This document shows positions 6,866 to 7,158 of a stretch of 7,158 bases of DNA, piece by piece. The position numbers and the translations under genes were made by a program. Every line of letters starts with the position of its first letter. Positions within the stretch are counted from its first letter, which is position 1. Origin of the DNA: Vitrella brassicaformis CCMP3155 (lineage: Eukaryota > Protista > Chromerida); assembly GCA_001179505.1 (NCBI GenBank), contig CDMY01000986.1, positions 1-7,158 of the forward strand. Direction: 5' to 3'. Under the pieces are notes generated by a model. That model saw only the letters and a list, made by a program, of their open reading frames with translations. It had not been told where the DNA came from and did not search any database.

Positions 6866-7158
6866 ATGGCCGATGGCATCGCCGCCAACCCTCCTCGCTT
6901 CAGCGGCAAAGAGAGCGACTACCACAGCTGGCGTCAGTCGTTCGCTGGCATGTTCTATGGCATCGATGGCATGGCCAAGTACTTCCATCCGTCAACCGAT
7001 GACGAGCTGTCGGTGACGAGTCGCTCACAGATGTCCAACGCCGCAACATGAGGATGGAAAGATGGATGTTGTGGAGAGCACTGGACAGGGCCACAGAGGG
7101 CAAGGACTGTCAAGGAACGGTCCAGGAGGCAACCACCACACACGATGGGTATGTGTCT
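6866..7158 (+). pseudogene. gag: Copia-like gag N-terminal region with a -1 frameshift near 7006
   Basis: MADGIAANPPRFSGKESDYHSWRQSF matches the gag PxFxG....Y..W motif. That frame stops at 7049-7051, but the -1 frame from ~7006 reads AVGDESLTDVQRRNMRMERWMLWRALDRATEGKDCQGTVQEATTTHDGYVS, resembling the copia gag L..L...T.G.....V......DGY.AW motif. The start could be earlier (ATG 6728 or 6806). Confidence 0.55.

Larger units (their letters stand above)
6488..7158 (+). mobile_element. 5' portion of a decayed Ty1/copia-type LTR retrotransposon (putative LTR ~6488-6723, PBS 6724-6739, gag), continuing beyond window
   Basis: TCCAACT (6717-6723; cf. the typical ...CCAACA LTR end) is directly followed by GGTTATGA[AC]GCCCAC, resembling the copia half-tRNA-iMet PBS GGTTATGRGCCC with a 2-nt insertion. 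Downstream lies a gag-like ORF. The LTR 5' boundary (TGTTAG at 6488) is a guess. Confidence 0.55.

Noticed and set aside
1-7158. CRISPR arrays, rRNA or tRNA genes, prokaryotic operon or defence system (TatD next to a methylase)
   Set aside because: There are no regularly spaced repeats or structured RNA gene signatures. The genes are spliceosomal-intron-containing eukaryotic housekeeping genes, and the repeats are intronic microsatellites.

Overview
This is GC-rich, intron-dense eukaryotic genomic DNA. It has 19 inferred spliceosomal introns of 64-99 nt, many with (TG)n tracts, a style most consistent with a chromerid alveolate such as Vitrella (inference). Three complete spliced genes were reconstructed by hand. 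(1) Minus strand 185..1683, 7 exons: a bacterial-type TrmJ/LasT SPOUT tRNA methyltransferase with a bipartite signal+transit leader. (2) Plus strand ~1865..3512, 10 exons, head-to-head with gene 1: a TATDN1-type TatD nuclease whose first intron appears to be GC-AG. (3) Minus strand 3841..~6395, 5 exons, ~731 aa: signal peptide, then a plant/bacterial-type glutaminyl cyclase (glutamine cyclotransferase) beta-propeller with apparently destroyed catalytic motifs, fused in one exon to a complete 7-TM cystinosin (double PQ-loop) transporter with a YxxPhi tail. This fusion is the most interesting object in the window. The right end (~6488..7158) looks like the 5' end of a decayed Ty1/copia LTR retrotransposon (LTR end, half-tRNA-iMet-type PBS, frameshifted gag) inserted just upstream of gene 3. 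All homology calls are motif recognition by eye; no searches were run.
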